64,000 nt of DNA from a virus: IMG/VR virus record IMGVR_UViG_3300017781_004450, positions 1 through 64,000 of that record; one strand, 5' to 3'. Positions 9,559 through 17,626 of this stretch are shown piece after piece. A program made the position numbers and the translations under genes. Positions within the stretch are counted from its first letter, which is position 1. Each line of letters begins with the position of its first letter. The notes under the pieces were generated by a model. The model was not told the DNA's origin and did not search any database. It worked only from the letters and a program-made list of their open reading frames with translations.

Positions 9559-9778
9559 TGTTCTTCTCCACCTCGTTTAGTAAGTCTTGTACTGTTTCAA
9601 TGTTAAATGTATCTTCTTCTGGAATATTGATTTCTAATTTTTTACAAACTTGATCAGTAACATCAACAATGTCAAAATCATCTCCATCTAAATCATCAAT
9701 GAAATGACTTGCTTCAGTGATCTCTTTTCCAGTACCGAAATGTCTTTCCAGTACTTGCATGACTTGCTCTTTCCACAT
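9548..9778 (-). CDS. Acyl carrier protein homologue lacking the phosphopantetheine Ser
   Basis: Aligns with ACP (FIDDLDGDDFDIVD vs FVEDLGADSLDTVE; IPEE...IETVQD); 76 aa, acidic; GAGGA RBS. Confidence 0.75.
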   Translation of the reverse strand: MWKEQVMQVLERHFGTGKEITEASHFIDDLDGDDFDIVDVTDQVCKKLEINIPEEDTFNIETVQDLLNEVEKNIVQ

Positions 9779-9781
9779 AAT

Positions 9782-9925
9782 TTAATCCTCGTTAGTTTGT
9801 GCTTCGTATTTATACCTTGGATATTGACACACTACTATCTCTATTGGCTTATTGTCTCCATCCTTAAATGTTTCGACTAATCGGCCTTCGTGTTCTCTTC
9901 CACAGTTTTGACAAACTCCGGACAT
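9782..9925 (-). CDS. Small CxxC-containing protein (not in ORF track)
   Basis: MSGVCQNCGREHEG...IVVCQYP, 47 aa; fills the gap between endolysin and ACP. Confidence 0.5.
   Translation of the reverse strand: MSGVCQNCGREHEGRLVETFKDGDNKPIEIVVCQYPRYKYEAQTNED
9807..9814 (-). promoter_or_regulatory. T4-type late promoter TATAAATA upstream of ACP/spanin genes
   Basis: Exact match to the T4 gp55 consensus. Confidence 0.6.
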
Positions 9926-9926
9926 T

Positions 9927-10766
9927 CTACTCCATCAACTTAGCAAGGGTCTTAGGACCTACAATGCCGTCTGCAACTAAACCATTTTTGGTTTGCCACT
10001 CTTTAACAGCCTTTTCAGTACCAGGACCAAAGTCGCCGTCTGCTGCAATACCAAGTTTCTCTTGCATTTGCATAACTGCTGCACCTTTTGCTCCTACTCT
10101 TAAAATACCAACAACTGGTGCTGGTGCTTTACTAGGATCAAAGTTTCCACCTAATACATCTAAGAAATGTTTAAAATGTTTTTTACGATCTTCAAGGCCT
10201 ACTGTTCCGCCGTTAACCTTTTTACTCATAGCAACAATATCTTGATTGTCAGCCATAGCATTAATATTTCTTGTGTCCCAGAACCAACATGCACTTTCTA
10301 ATGCACCTTTGATAGTAGTTACATAATCAATTACTTCTTCAGCAGTCATGCCAATTGTTTTACCAAAGTCAGCATAGTTAGCACGACCAGTTAATTGAAT
10401 AACACCTCTACCACGGAAACGCCAACCATCTCCTGATGCTGTATCTCCATTACCAATTCTATTTGCGTATGTTACGTTTGCAATTTTTTCTGGTTGTCTT
10501 GCATATTCGTTTGCATCTCTGCCACCACGTGCAAAGTATTTTCCAAATACTGCATCTAATGCTTTTGCACTATAGTTTAAATTTTCTTCAAGTACTCTAA
10601 AGTTAAGACTTTCGTGAGCGCATTGTGCTAAAAATCCTGCTGCTCTATCGACAGTATCAATTTCATACTTAGGAAGCATCTCAAGAAGTGCTTCATACCA
10701 TTCGTCTACTTTACTGTTACCGTGCAATACTTCTGCACACATCTCTTTTGTAAACTCAAATTTCAT
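9927..10766 (-). CDS. Endolysin: glycoside hydrolase family 19 plus C-terminal peptidoglycan-binding domain
   Basis: FLAQCAHES, FRGRGVIQLTGRANY and VNGG motifs; PG_binding_1 DG.FGPGT...DGIVGPKT. Confidence 0.9.
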   Translation of the reverse strand: MKFEFTKEMCAEVLHGNSKVDEWYEALLEMLPKYEIDTVDRAAGFLAQCAHESLNFRVLEENLNYSAKALDAVFGKYFARGGRDANEYARQPEKIANVTYANRIGNGDTASGDGWRFRGRGVIQLTGRANYADFGKTIGMTAEEVIDYVTTIKGALESACWFWDTRNINAMADNQDIVAMSKKVNGGTVGLEDRKKHFKHFLDVLGGNFDPSKAPAPVVGILRVGAKGAAVMQMQEKLGIAADGDFGPGTEKAVKEWQTKNGLVADGIVGPKTLAKLME

Positions 10767-11518
10767 TATTCAATCCTTTGTAATATCATGGACTTCTGTC
10801 CATTAGTAAATACGAAGTCAGCGCCAACTTTATTAATATTATAGTCGCCTAGTACTTTGCTTAACCAAAATGTTTCAGCAGAAGCATCTAAACCAATATC
10901 TGAAGTTGCATCAAGACCTTCGATTATATCTTTTGTTGCGCCCTCTTTAATCCATTTCATTTTAATAACATTACCGAAGGGCTTATAAAATGTAATGATA
11001 TCATCTTTAAGTTCTAAGTTATCCATAAGTGTTTTAGTAAAGAAAGACTTAACTTCGTCTGTTCTTACTTGGGCTAACTTTGCTTCATACATTTGTTTGT
11101 CTGAAGGAATAACTTTGCTTAAATTTTCTGTTGTTGCTAACATCTTGTCGTTGTCTTTATAGTACTGAAACTTCCAATCTTCTATACCAGTTAGTTTAGT
11201 TACACCGTACAATAAATCTTTAATGTTTTCTGCTATTTTTTTATTTCTTTCAATCTCTACAAATACAGAATATTCACCTTCTTCGTTTTCACCTGAGCTA
11301 ACATCTGCATCAAGTACAAATGAAAATCCTTTTTCGATAAACTCCATTAAATCTCTTGCTGGGTATCTATCTTTTGCTTGGAATGTTACAACGCATACAT
11401 CTCTATCCTCTCCCATCTTTGATCTAAACTTATCTACTTCAAACATAGGATATACTAGATCTACTAAATCATTTTTACGTAGACCTTCTTCTAATACTTT
11501 ATTGTGCTGCTGTGTCAT
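10766..11518 (-). CDS. Conserved hypothetical phage protein
   Basis: 250 aa ORF in an operon. Confidence 0.6.
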   Translation of the reverse strand: MTQQHNKVLEEGLRKNDLVDLVYPMFEVDKFRSKMGEDRDVCVVTFQAKDRYPARDLMEFIEKGFSFVLDADVSSGENEEGEYSVFVEIERNKKIAENIKDLLYGVTKLTGIEDWKFQYYKDNDKMLATTENLSKVIPSDKQMYEAKLAQVRTDEVKSFFTKTLMDNLELKDDIITFYKPFGNVIKMKWIKEGATKDIIEGLDATSDIGLDASAETFWLSKVLGDYNINKVGADFVFTNGQKSMILQRIE

Positions 11519-12035
11519 CTGCTGGCGCCTCTTGTTGAGCTGCTACTTCTTGTGCTGGCTCAAGGTTCATATTAACTGCATTGTTCGCTAAGATATCATC
11601 TACTTTATTTCTATCAAGGTTCTTATAACCGCGATCAATATTCTTCATTAAACGTTTTGGCATGGCAATTTTAACCATCCAAATGTTATCGTAGTCGATT
11701 TTACCTTTTCTTGTACCAGGTCTAATATCGTCTACTGCTTTAATCTTTCTAACCTTAGCAATAGCAGATTCTGCAAAGCCTACTTTACAACCGTATTCTT
11801 TTAATCTTTTACCGCCTTGTGGCTCAGGCATATTTTCATATGGCCACATAAAAGTACATTCAACAAAGTATCGTGATTCGTTAGGACCAGCGACTAATTC
11901 ACCATCTAGCCAGCCATCATAAACATATACATCTAACTCATCTAAAACACGTTCAAAGTCTTTTAGTATATTTAGGCTGTTATTTGAACCATAAATTTGT
12001 TCAATGTTTCCAATAATATCTTTAGTAGTTGCCAT
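11499..12035 (-). CDS. Conserved hypothetical phage protein
   Basis: 178 aa ORF; TAAATA at 12066-12071 and AGGAG upstream. Confidence 0.6.
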   Translation of the reverse strand: MATTKDIIGNIEQIYGSNNSLNILKDFERVLDELDVYVYDGWLDGELVAGPNESRYFVECTFMWPYENMPEPQGGKRLKEYGCKVGFAESAIAKVRKIKAVDDIRPGTRKGKIDYDNIWMVKIAMPKRLMKNIDRGYKNLDRNKVDDILANNAVNMNLEPAQEVAAQQEAPADDTAAQ

Positions 12036-12125
12036 TTGAGATTTCCTGTTCTCCTATTGTTATTGTATTTATGCTCAAATTTAAACTAAGAGCTTTATAT
12101 ATGAATATATCGAGTAAATATTAGT

Positions 12126-12206
12126 ATGTTCGAACACGGACTTAACATCGCTAATATAGGTATAACTCTGTGTTTGAGCCCAACAAAGCACGGAGGAAAT
12201 GCTTAA
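12126..12206 (+). CDS. Candidate leaderless upstream ORF (26 aa) in the phoH leader
   Basis: TAAATA (12115-12120)-N5-ATG; MFEHGLNIANIGITLCLSPTKHGGNA; stop overlaps the phoH start region. Confidence 0.3.
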   Translation: MFEHGLNIANIGITLCLSPTKHGGNA

Positions 12207-12924
12207 TATGAAGAGTAAAAGAAAACAATCTCACCACTCACAAAACTTCAACAACGTAATAAACATTAATGAAAAGACACGCAAACGTGTAGTCCTAACT
12301 CCAAAAAACAAAGCTCAAGAAACATACTTAGAAATGCTGAACAATGCAGATTCACATATTGTATTTGCATGTGGTCCAGCAGGTACGGGTAAAACCATGC
12401 TAGGTGTACAATGGGCTATTGATGCTTGGAAAGATGGAAACTTTGAAAAAATTATTGTTACGAGACCAGCAGTTAGTGTAGACGAACAACATGGCTTTTT
12501 ACCAGGAGATCTTAATGAAAAGATGGCTCCATGGACAAGGCCAATATTTGATGTCTTTTCCGATAACTTCTGTCAACGTGAAGTCGAGCGACAAATGAGA
12601 GAAAGTATTCTGGAGATTAGTCCTTTAGCATATATGCGAGGAAGAACCTTTAAAAACTCTGTAATAATTGCAGATGAAATGCAAAACGCAACGCCTAGTC
12701 AAATGAAAATGCTTCTCACAAGATTAGGTGAAGGATCTAAGATGGTGGTAACCGGTGACTTGCAACAGGCAGATCGCCCTAGCAACAACGGCTTACTTGA
12801 GTTCCTTGGGTTATATAATAACTTCCGTAACCATCAATATGTTGATATATGTCAGTTTGACAAAACGCATATTGAAAGGCATGAAGCAGTAAAAGAGATT
12901 CTAGAGATCTACGGAGATCAGTAA
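12199..12924 (+). CDS. phoH: PhoH-like ATPase
   Basis: GPAGTGKT, TRPAV, GFLPG, YMRGRTF, DEMQN, TGD..Q.D. Confidence 0.95.
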   Translation: MLNMKSKRKQSHHSQNFNNVININEKTRKRVVLTPKNKAQETYLEMLNNADSHIVFACGPAGTGKTMLGVQWAIDAWKDGNFEKIIVTRPAVSVDEQHGFLPGDLNEKMAPWTRPIFDVFSDNFCQREVERQMRESILEISPLAYMRGRTFKNSVIIADEMQNATPSQMKMLLTRLGEGSKMVVTGDLQQADRPSNNGLLEFLGLYNNFRNHQYVDICQFDKTHIERHEAVKEILEIYGDQ

Positions 12925-12927
12925 AAG

Positions 12928-12953
12928 ATAAGGGAGCGTAAAACCTCCCTTAT
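12928..12953. terminator. Hairpin between convergent genes, likely bidirectional terminator
   Basis: ATAAGGGAG-cgtaaaac-CTCCCTTAT, a perfect 9-bp stem. Confidence 0.6.
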
Positions 12954-13063
12954 TCTTCTTGGAATCTATCGCGGAGTGAGTCTAAAAGCTCAATAAGCTC
13001 GTCTATGAGATTTTGATCTTGTTGTTGAGCTGTGTCAACTTCTACTTCTATTTTGATTTTCAT
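12950..13063 (-). CDS. Small acidic protein (not in ORF track)
   Basis: TAATG coupling to ferredoxin; [37 protein letters not shown], 37 aa. Confidence 0.55.
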   Translation of the reverse strand: MKIKIEVEVDTAQQQDQNLIDELIELLDSLRDRFQEE

Positions 13064-13413
13064 TAGTCTATTTGTACTGCGGGTATAGCTTTAAATAATT
13101 TTGTTTTATCTTCTTTGTAGTTCTCTTTTGCAAAGTCTATATAGTCTTCCATAGGTGGTTGTTCGTCTGCAATGTTTGGCCAGTTAGCGTCATTAGAAAA
13201 ATATTGATTATGCTTAAACCATTTGTTATCTTCGTCATCAGTTTGCCATATTGCATCTTCAGGACATTCAGGAACACACACTCCGCAATCAATACATTCA
13301 TCAGGATTAATTACTAGCATGTTTTCACCCTCATAAAAACAATCTACAGGGCAAACACTTACACAGGTTGTGTGTTTACAGTTAATACATTTGTCGTCAA
13401 CTACATGAGTCAT
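13063..13413 (-). CDS. fdxA: 7Fe ([3Fe-4S][4Fe-4S]) ferredoxin, FdxA type
   Basis: [21 protein letters not shown]...[15 protein letters not shown], closely matching the Azotobacter FdI pattern. Confidence 0.9.
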   Translation of the reverse strand: MTHVVDDKCINCKHTTCVSVCPVDCFYEGENMLVINPDECIDCGVCVPECPEDAIWQTDDEDNKWFKHNQYFSNDANWPNIADEQPPMEDYIDFAKENYKEDKTKLFKAIPAVQID

Positions 13414-13414
13414 T

Positions 13415-13660
13415 TTATACTAGCCAATTATATATAGCCCTTAATGCTAATAATAGATACATACCTTCCATTAATGCCCTAGGTATATCTTTATCTTTAA
13501 TACCAAAGTAAATCCACATTGCACAACTAACTGTAGCAACTGCCCAGCCTATCCATTGTGTTTCTGGATTAGCGTCTGAAAGAATAAAAGCAGCAATAAT
13601 TGCAAGTAAGAAACCAACCCACCTAGGACCATCTATGTCGTGGTAGTATCTTATCTTCAT
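13415..13660 (-). CDS. Small three-TM membrane protein (PnuC/SemiSWEET-like size)
   Basis: Three hydrophobic segments; ends IYNW. Confidence 0.45.
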   Translation of the reverse strand: MKIRYYHDIDGPRWVGFLLAIIAAFILSDANPETQWIGWAVATVSCAMWIYFGIKDKDIPRALMEGMYLLLALRAIYNWLV

Positions 13661-14571
13661 AGTCTTGCTAACTTAATTAATGTTGCAGCCAAGTTAATCT
13701 CTGGATCAGCAACAAGTGTATGATCTACTAGTCCTTGTTTAATAACAATTACTGCTGTGTCTTGTTTTTCTTCTTCACCGAATATTTCTAAATTATCATA
13801 AAGCCAACGATAGATCTCTTCCATTTCCTCAGCACGTACTTTACCACAAAGCAGTTTACGTGCTTGTGTAATCTTACCTTCTTTAAATAGTTCAACCATT
13901 TCAAACTTCCAGTCAGCTTCACCTTCGTCACCTCTAGTAGGCGAACTTAGTTTAGTACCACTGACGTTTTGTTGCACCATATTAATACATTTACGTAAGT
14001 CTGGGTATGCTACCTTAACATAATTATCAAGTGTATCTAATTCAAACTCTATGTTTTCTTCAACAAGAATAGTTGCAACCCTTGCAGTAAATTCTGTCTG
14101 ATCAATCTTCTCAATATGAAAGCCTTGACACCTGCTGTGAATAGCAGGAATAATTCTATTAGGGTAGTTACAAGTTAAAACAAATCTTGATGTGCTATGA
14201 TATTCTTCCATAACACCACGCAATGCCGCTTGTGCATTAGGCGACAAGTAATCAGCCTCATCTAATAGTACAACCTTAAATGGACCAAATGGAATAGTTT
14301 GTACAAAGCCTGTAATCTTATCTCGAATTTCATCAACAGAGTTATTTCTACTAGCATTAAGTTCTAGTACATCATATCCTTCAATGCCTAGTTCATTAAC
14401 AAGCATCTTTGCCATAGTAGTTTTACCGATACCGGCTGCGCCACTAAACAACAAATGCGGAATACTTTCATCTTTGACCCATGCTTGTACCTGTGCTTTC
14501 TGATGATTGTCTCTAAAAACATAATCTTCAAGTTTCTTAGGACGATACTTTTCTACCCATAACTCTTTCAT
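13657..14571 (-). CDS. Sliding-clamp loader ATPase subunit (RFC small subunit / T4 gp44-like)
   Basis: LWVEKYRP, GAAGIGKTT, ELNAS, LDEAD, SRC. Confidence 0.92.
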   Translation of the reverse strand: MKELWVEKYRPKKLEDYVFRDNHQKAQVQAWVKDESIPHLLFSGAAGIGKTTMAKMLVNELGIEGYDVLELNASRNNSVDEIRDKITGFVQTIPFGPFKVVLLDEADYLSPNAQAALRGVMEEYHSTSRFVLTCNYPNRIIPAIHSRCQGFHIEKIDQTEFTARVATILVEENIEFELDTLDNYVKVAYPDLRKCINMVQQNVSGTKLSSPTRGDEGEADWKFEMVELFKEGKITQARKLLCGKVRAEEMEEIYRWLYDNLEIFGEEEKQDTAVIVIKQGLVDHTLVADPEINLAATLIKLARL

Positions 14572-14978
14572 TCCGACTCCTTAATGCGTTTTCTCAAATT
14601 AGTTGTACTAAATGAGTGTTGTCTTTTATTATAGTGTATTTTAATATTTTTGTCAACACATATTTGTTTGGCAGTAAAGTCTTTATCTTTGTATTCTTCA
14701 CCAATAAAACGTATATCTATTCCGTATGTAAGAAAAATGTCCGTTAAGTCTTTTTCGGATTCATAAGGAATAATTTCGTCAATATACTTACAACCTTCAA
14801 GTTGTACATAACGCTCAAACACACTTTGGATTGGCTTATTCTTATTGGGTCTATCGATTGTAGGATCTGTTTGCAAACCAACAATCATATAGTCGCAGTT
14901 TGCTCTTGCTTCTTTAAGCATAGCAACATGTCCACTATGGAACAAGTCAAATGATGATGCTGTAAACCCTCGTGTCAA
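14568..14978 (-). CDS. Glycerol-3-phosphate cytidylyltransferase-like (TagD family)
   Basis: FDLFHSGH (HxGH) and R.H.FSTT motifs. Confidence 0.85.
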   Translation of the reverse strand: MTRGFTASSFDLFHSGHVAMLKEARANCDYMIVGLQTDPTIDRPNKNKPIQSVFERYVQLEGCKYIDEIIPYESEKDLTDIFLTYGIDIRFIGEEYKDKDFTAKQICVDKNIKIHYNKRQHSFSTTNLRKRIKESE

Positions 14979-15379
14979 AGATCACCTTCTTGTCTGTTTT
15001 CTGAATAGTGAACATCAAACTCACCACCCGGATAACGCTTCTTTAATTTGTTAACATTCTCTGCTACGACCTCATTAGGATCCAGCCCCAATGCACGGCA
15101 ACTATTGACCCAATACCAAATAATATCGCCAAGTTCTCGTTTAGCATGAAACTTAGTTTCATCGTCCATAGGTTTACCTTGAAATATACATTTCTTAACA
15201 ATTTCTGCAAATTCGCCTCCTTCTGATGCAATACCAATAGCACCTGTCATTAATAATGAAATATTAACTTCGTCATTTAATTCATGTAAACGAGCCTGTG
15301 TATAAGCCCAATCGTTTGATTCTTCTGATGTTACTTCTTTTACAAAGTCTTTATACTTGTTTAGATCTACTGTAGACAT
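14975..15379 (-). CDS. mazG: MazG-like nucleoside triphosphate pyrophosphohydrolase
   Basis: SEGGEFAEIVKK...RELGDIIWY...KLKKRYP. Confidence 0.85.
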   Translation of the reverse strand: MSTVDLNKYKDFVKEVTSEESNDWAYTQARLHELNDEVNISLLMTGAIGIASEGGEFAEIVKKCIFQGKPMDDETKFHAKRELGDIIWYWVNSCRALGLDPNEVVAENVNKLKKRYPGGEFDVHYSENRQEGDL

Positions 15380-15407
15380 CTATATTTCCTTTACTGTTTA
15401 TTGCTTT

Positions 15408-15436
15408 ATTATATAATAGTACTTTATACTTGTCAA
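15408..15436 (-). promoter_or_regulatory. Sigma70-type early promoter for the mazG/clamp loader/ferredoxin operon
   Basis: TTGACA-N17-TATAAT, exact consensus. Confidence 0.75.
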
Positions 15437-15489
15437 CCCCTAAGGTAAATATTTTTAACAGCATTCGCTGGTTAACAGGAGAACAACCC

Positions 15490-15678
15490 ATGATTAGAAA
15501 TCTTTCACTAAACCTTGAAGTAGGACAAGAAATCCTTGTCGGTAAAAACAATAAACGTGCTAGAATTACGAAAATAGAGTTCCATGAAAAATCAGGGGAA
15601 GTTACAATTAATACGACCCAAGGCCCACGTAAGGCCTTGACGTTTAGATTAATGCCGGATTTAGAATACGCTTATTGA
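15490..15678 (+). CDS. Small SH3/KOW-like hypothetical protein
   Basis: Start moved to ATG 15490 behind AGGAG; TAAATA at 15446-15451. Confidence 0.55.
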   Translation: MIRNLSLNLEVGQEILVGKNNKRARITKIEFHEKSGEVTINTTQGPRKALTFRLMPDLEYAY

Positions 15679-16067
15679 GCACCGAAGTCACCTGCGTCAA
15701 ATGTAGCAGTGTCACCATCGCTATAATGTTGTCCCCAGTAGGCTAATTCAGGTTCAAAGTCGTCTGTACCAACAGCAAGAATTGCAGACTTTTCAACTTT
15801 TTGTATCTCGACCTCACCTAGGTCGGGATCGTCTACCTTTATCTTTCTTGTCCAACGACCATGTTCAATTAAGATCCAATCGTTTTTTTGGTAATCGTCT
15901 TTGTTCTCAGAACCTTTATCGTAGACTTTTGCCCAACGACTTTTAACACCGTGTGCTTTTGCATCGTCAGCGGCCATGATAATACCGCCTTTAGTTTTAG
16001 TTTCACCGAAATGCATTCCGTATACTAAAACATCATCGTGGAGGGGAGTGAGTTTACCTTTGATCAT
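15672..16067 (-). CDS. groES: Co-chaperonin GroES-like
   Basis: LTPLHDDVLV...ETKTKGGII mobile-loop signature. Confidence 0.8.
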   Translation of the reverse strand: MIKGKLTPLHDDVLVYGMHFGETKTKGGIIMAADDAKAHGVKSRWAKVYDKGSENKDDYQKNDWILIEHGRWTRKIKVDDPDLGEVEIQKVEKSAILAVGTDDFEPELAYWGQHYSDGDTATFDAGDFGAQ

Positions 16068-16089
16068 TTGCCTTGTCCTATCTAAAAAT

Positions 16090-16311
16090 TTATTTTTTTC
16101 TACTTACAATTTCTTCTTTGATTGCTCTTGGATTCTGCTTATAGTAATCTGATAGAACTTCTTCTCTTGTTCTAACAATTTTTCCACCTGCGCCTAACTC
16201 GTCGCCACGTGCATTTACTTTAGCATTACCAACTGCTGGAAGTTCTTCATTTTTGAGATTAAGTTTCTCCATGTCAACTTCCTTACCTCTCATACTTCTT
16301 ACTAGTGCCAT
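16090..16311 (-). CDS. Conserved hypothetical phage protein
   Basis: AVGNAKVNARGDELG.GG motif; AGGAG RBS. Confidence 0.6.
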   Translation of the reverse strand: MALVRSMRGKEVDMEKLNLKNEELPAVGNAKVNARGDELGAGGKIVRTREEVLSDYYKQNPRAIKEEIVSRKK

Positions 16312-16784
16312 TATATTTCTCCTTTAAAGAATTCATTTAGTGGTATATTGTATTTAATACTATCTACCTTGTGTACCCCCATTAAATAGAGTACAAAACT
16401 AGCAACACTACTACCTCTACCAACACCCCAAACAATATTCTTTTCTCTAAGTGTATCTATTATATATGCCATCTGTTTGAGTAGCGGAAATAAATCTCGC
16501 TTCTCATACTCTGCTAGTTCTATATTTACACGTTCCACCTCAGTATCATTCGAACATTTGGCTAACAAATGTTGCTTAATGTCCATGTCTTGATATTTGT
16601 AAGGAAGGAACCAATTGGTAGAATCTATTGATTGTTTAGGAAGAGGATAGTTAAGAAACTCTTTTTCTATCTTATTTTTGTATTTGCTTAGATCATCATT
16701 GCACACACAGTTCTCAAGTATGTCAGGGCCATACTTAACTATGCCTTTAATTAGTTGATCAGTAGTATTATTCTCAGTCCACAT
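16311..16784 (-). CDS. DNA polymerase III alpha (DnaE) fragment, N-terminal part of the catalytic region
   Basis: ERV..EL...WGVGRGSSVAS.V.Y..G...VD..KY...EF, matching the DnaE GRGS motif region; only 157 aa. Confidence 0.75.
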   Translation of the reverse strand: MWTENNTTDQLIKGIVKYGPDILENCVCNDDLSKYKNKIEKEFLNYPLPKQSIDSTNWFLPYKYQDMDIKQHLLAKCSNDTEVERVNIELAEYEKRDLFPLLKQMAYIIDTLREKNIVWGVGRGSSVASFVLYLMGVHKVDSIKYNIPLNEFFKGEI

Positions 16785-17010
16785 TTATTAGTTGATCCAA
16801 ATCTTTCTCTTGTTCTTCGTCAAATTTTGCTTGTATTGCTCTCTGACGTAGTTCATTTCTATATATTGTAACAAAAGTTTGAAGTTGTGTCAACAGTTGA
16901 TTGTTCCCTAAACGCTGGGCTTGGTAATATTTTTTGTTCAATTCGCTTAGTTTAAGCTCTACATCACTAGTAGATACTTCGGATAAGTTTTCTTCTAATG
17001 GATGAAACAT
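16774..17010 (-). CDS. Hypothetical protein
   Basis: 78 aa ORF (MFHPL...). Confidence 0.55.
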   Translation of the reverse strand: MFHPLEENLSEVSTSDVELKLSELNKKYYQAQRLGNNQLLTQLQTFVTIYRNELRQRAIQAKFDEEQEKDLDQLINVD

Positions 17011-17011
17011 A

Positions 17012-17626
17012 TTAACTAAATGTGCCCAAATGCCTCATGTAAATGAACTCTTGGCTGTGTCGCCAAACTTCAATAAACACAGGATCTGTGGTAGAAGTTA
17101 ATGTAAGTGATGCTGGAAAAGCACTATCTTTCTTAATTACAGTGCCGCCTGTAGTTGTAAATGTTACTGCTCTGTCACCAACACCTGAAGCGTATAGTTC
17201 CAAAGTTACTTTACTTACTCCACCTTGTGCTGTTGTTTCTTCACCATTTGCAGGATCTCCTGCAAAGTTTGTGAACTGTAAGTTAAGTGCAGATGATGCG
17301 TTAATAATAAAATAAGAGCCAGTTTGGTAATCAATTTCTGTCGTTGTTCCGCCAACAAGTGGTACTGTACCCAAATTATTAGTTTTATCTCTGTTATTTG
17401 CCATAACAGCTCTAGTAACTTGATTAAGTTGAAAGTCATTAATGTATGACCCACCGCCTGGATTGGATAATCTAGCGGCAGTTGACTCAAGACTAGTAAT
17501 TTCAGTCTTGGCTGTGTTTAAACTTGTTTTAATAGTATCGAAATTATCCCTGAATGTTTGGGTGTCGTTATCGGCACCTGCTACAGGAAAGTTTTCGTTT
17601 ATGCTCAAATAATTTATATTACTCAC
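17012..17626 (-). CDS. Virion structural (baseplate/tail) protein
   Basis: FPVAG.DND.Q.FRDNF..IK coiled N-terminus, beta-rich C-terminus; in the tail operon. Confidence 0.6.
   Translation of the reverse strand: MSNINYLSINENFPVAGADNDTQTFRDNFDTIKTSLNTAKTEITSLESTAARLSNPGGGSYINDFQLNQVTRAVMANNRDKTNNLGTVPLVGGTTTEIDYQTGSYFIINASSALNLQFTNFAGDPANGEETTAQGGVSKVTLELYASGVGDRAVTFTTTGGTVIKKDSAFPASLTLTSTTDPVFIEVWRHSQEFIYMRHLGTFS

Noticed and set aside
12950-13063. Similarity of [11 protein letters not shown] to KKVNIELEVDT in the 7765-8073 membrane protein
   Set aside because: Too short to distinguish from chance beta-strand composition
16311-16784. Split intein or pseudogene explanation for the short DnaE
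   Set aside because: No intein N-terminal motif follows the polymerase segment, and no adjacent frameshifted remainder is present
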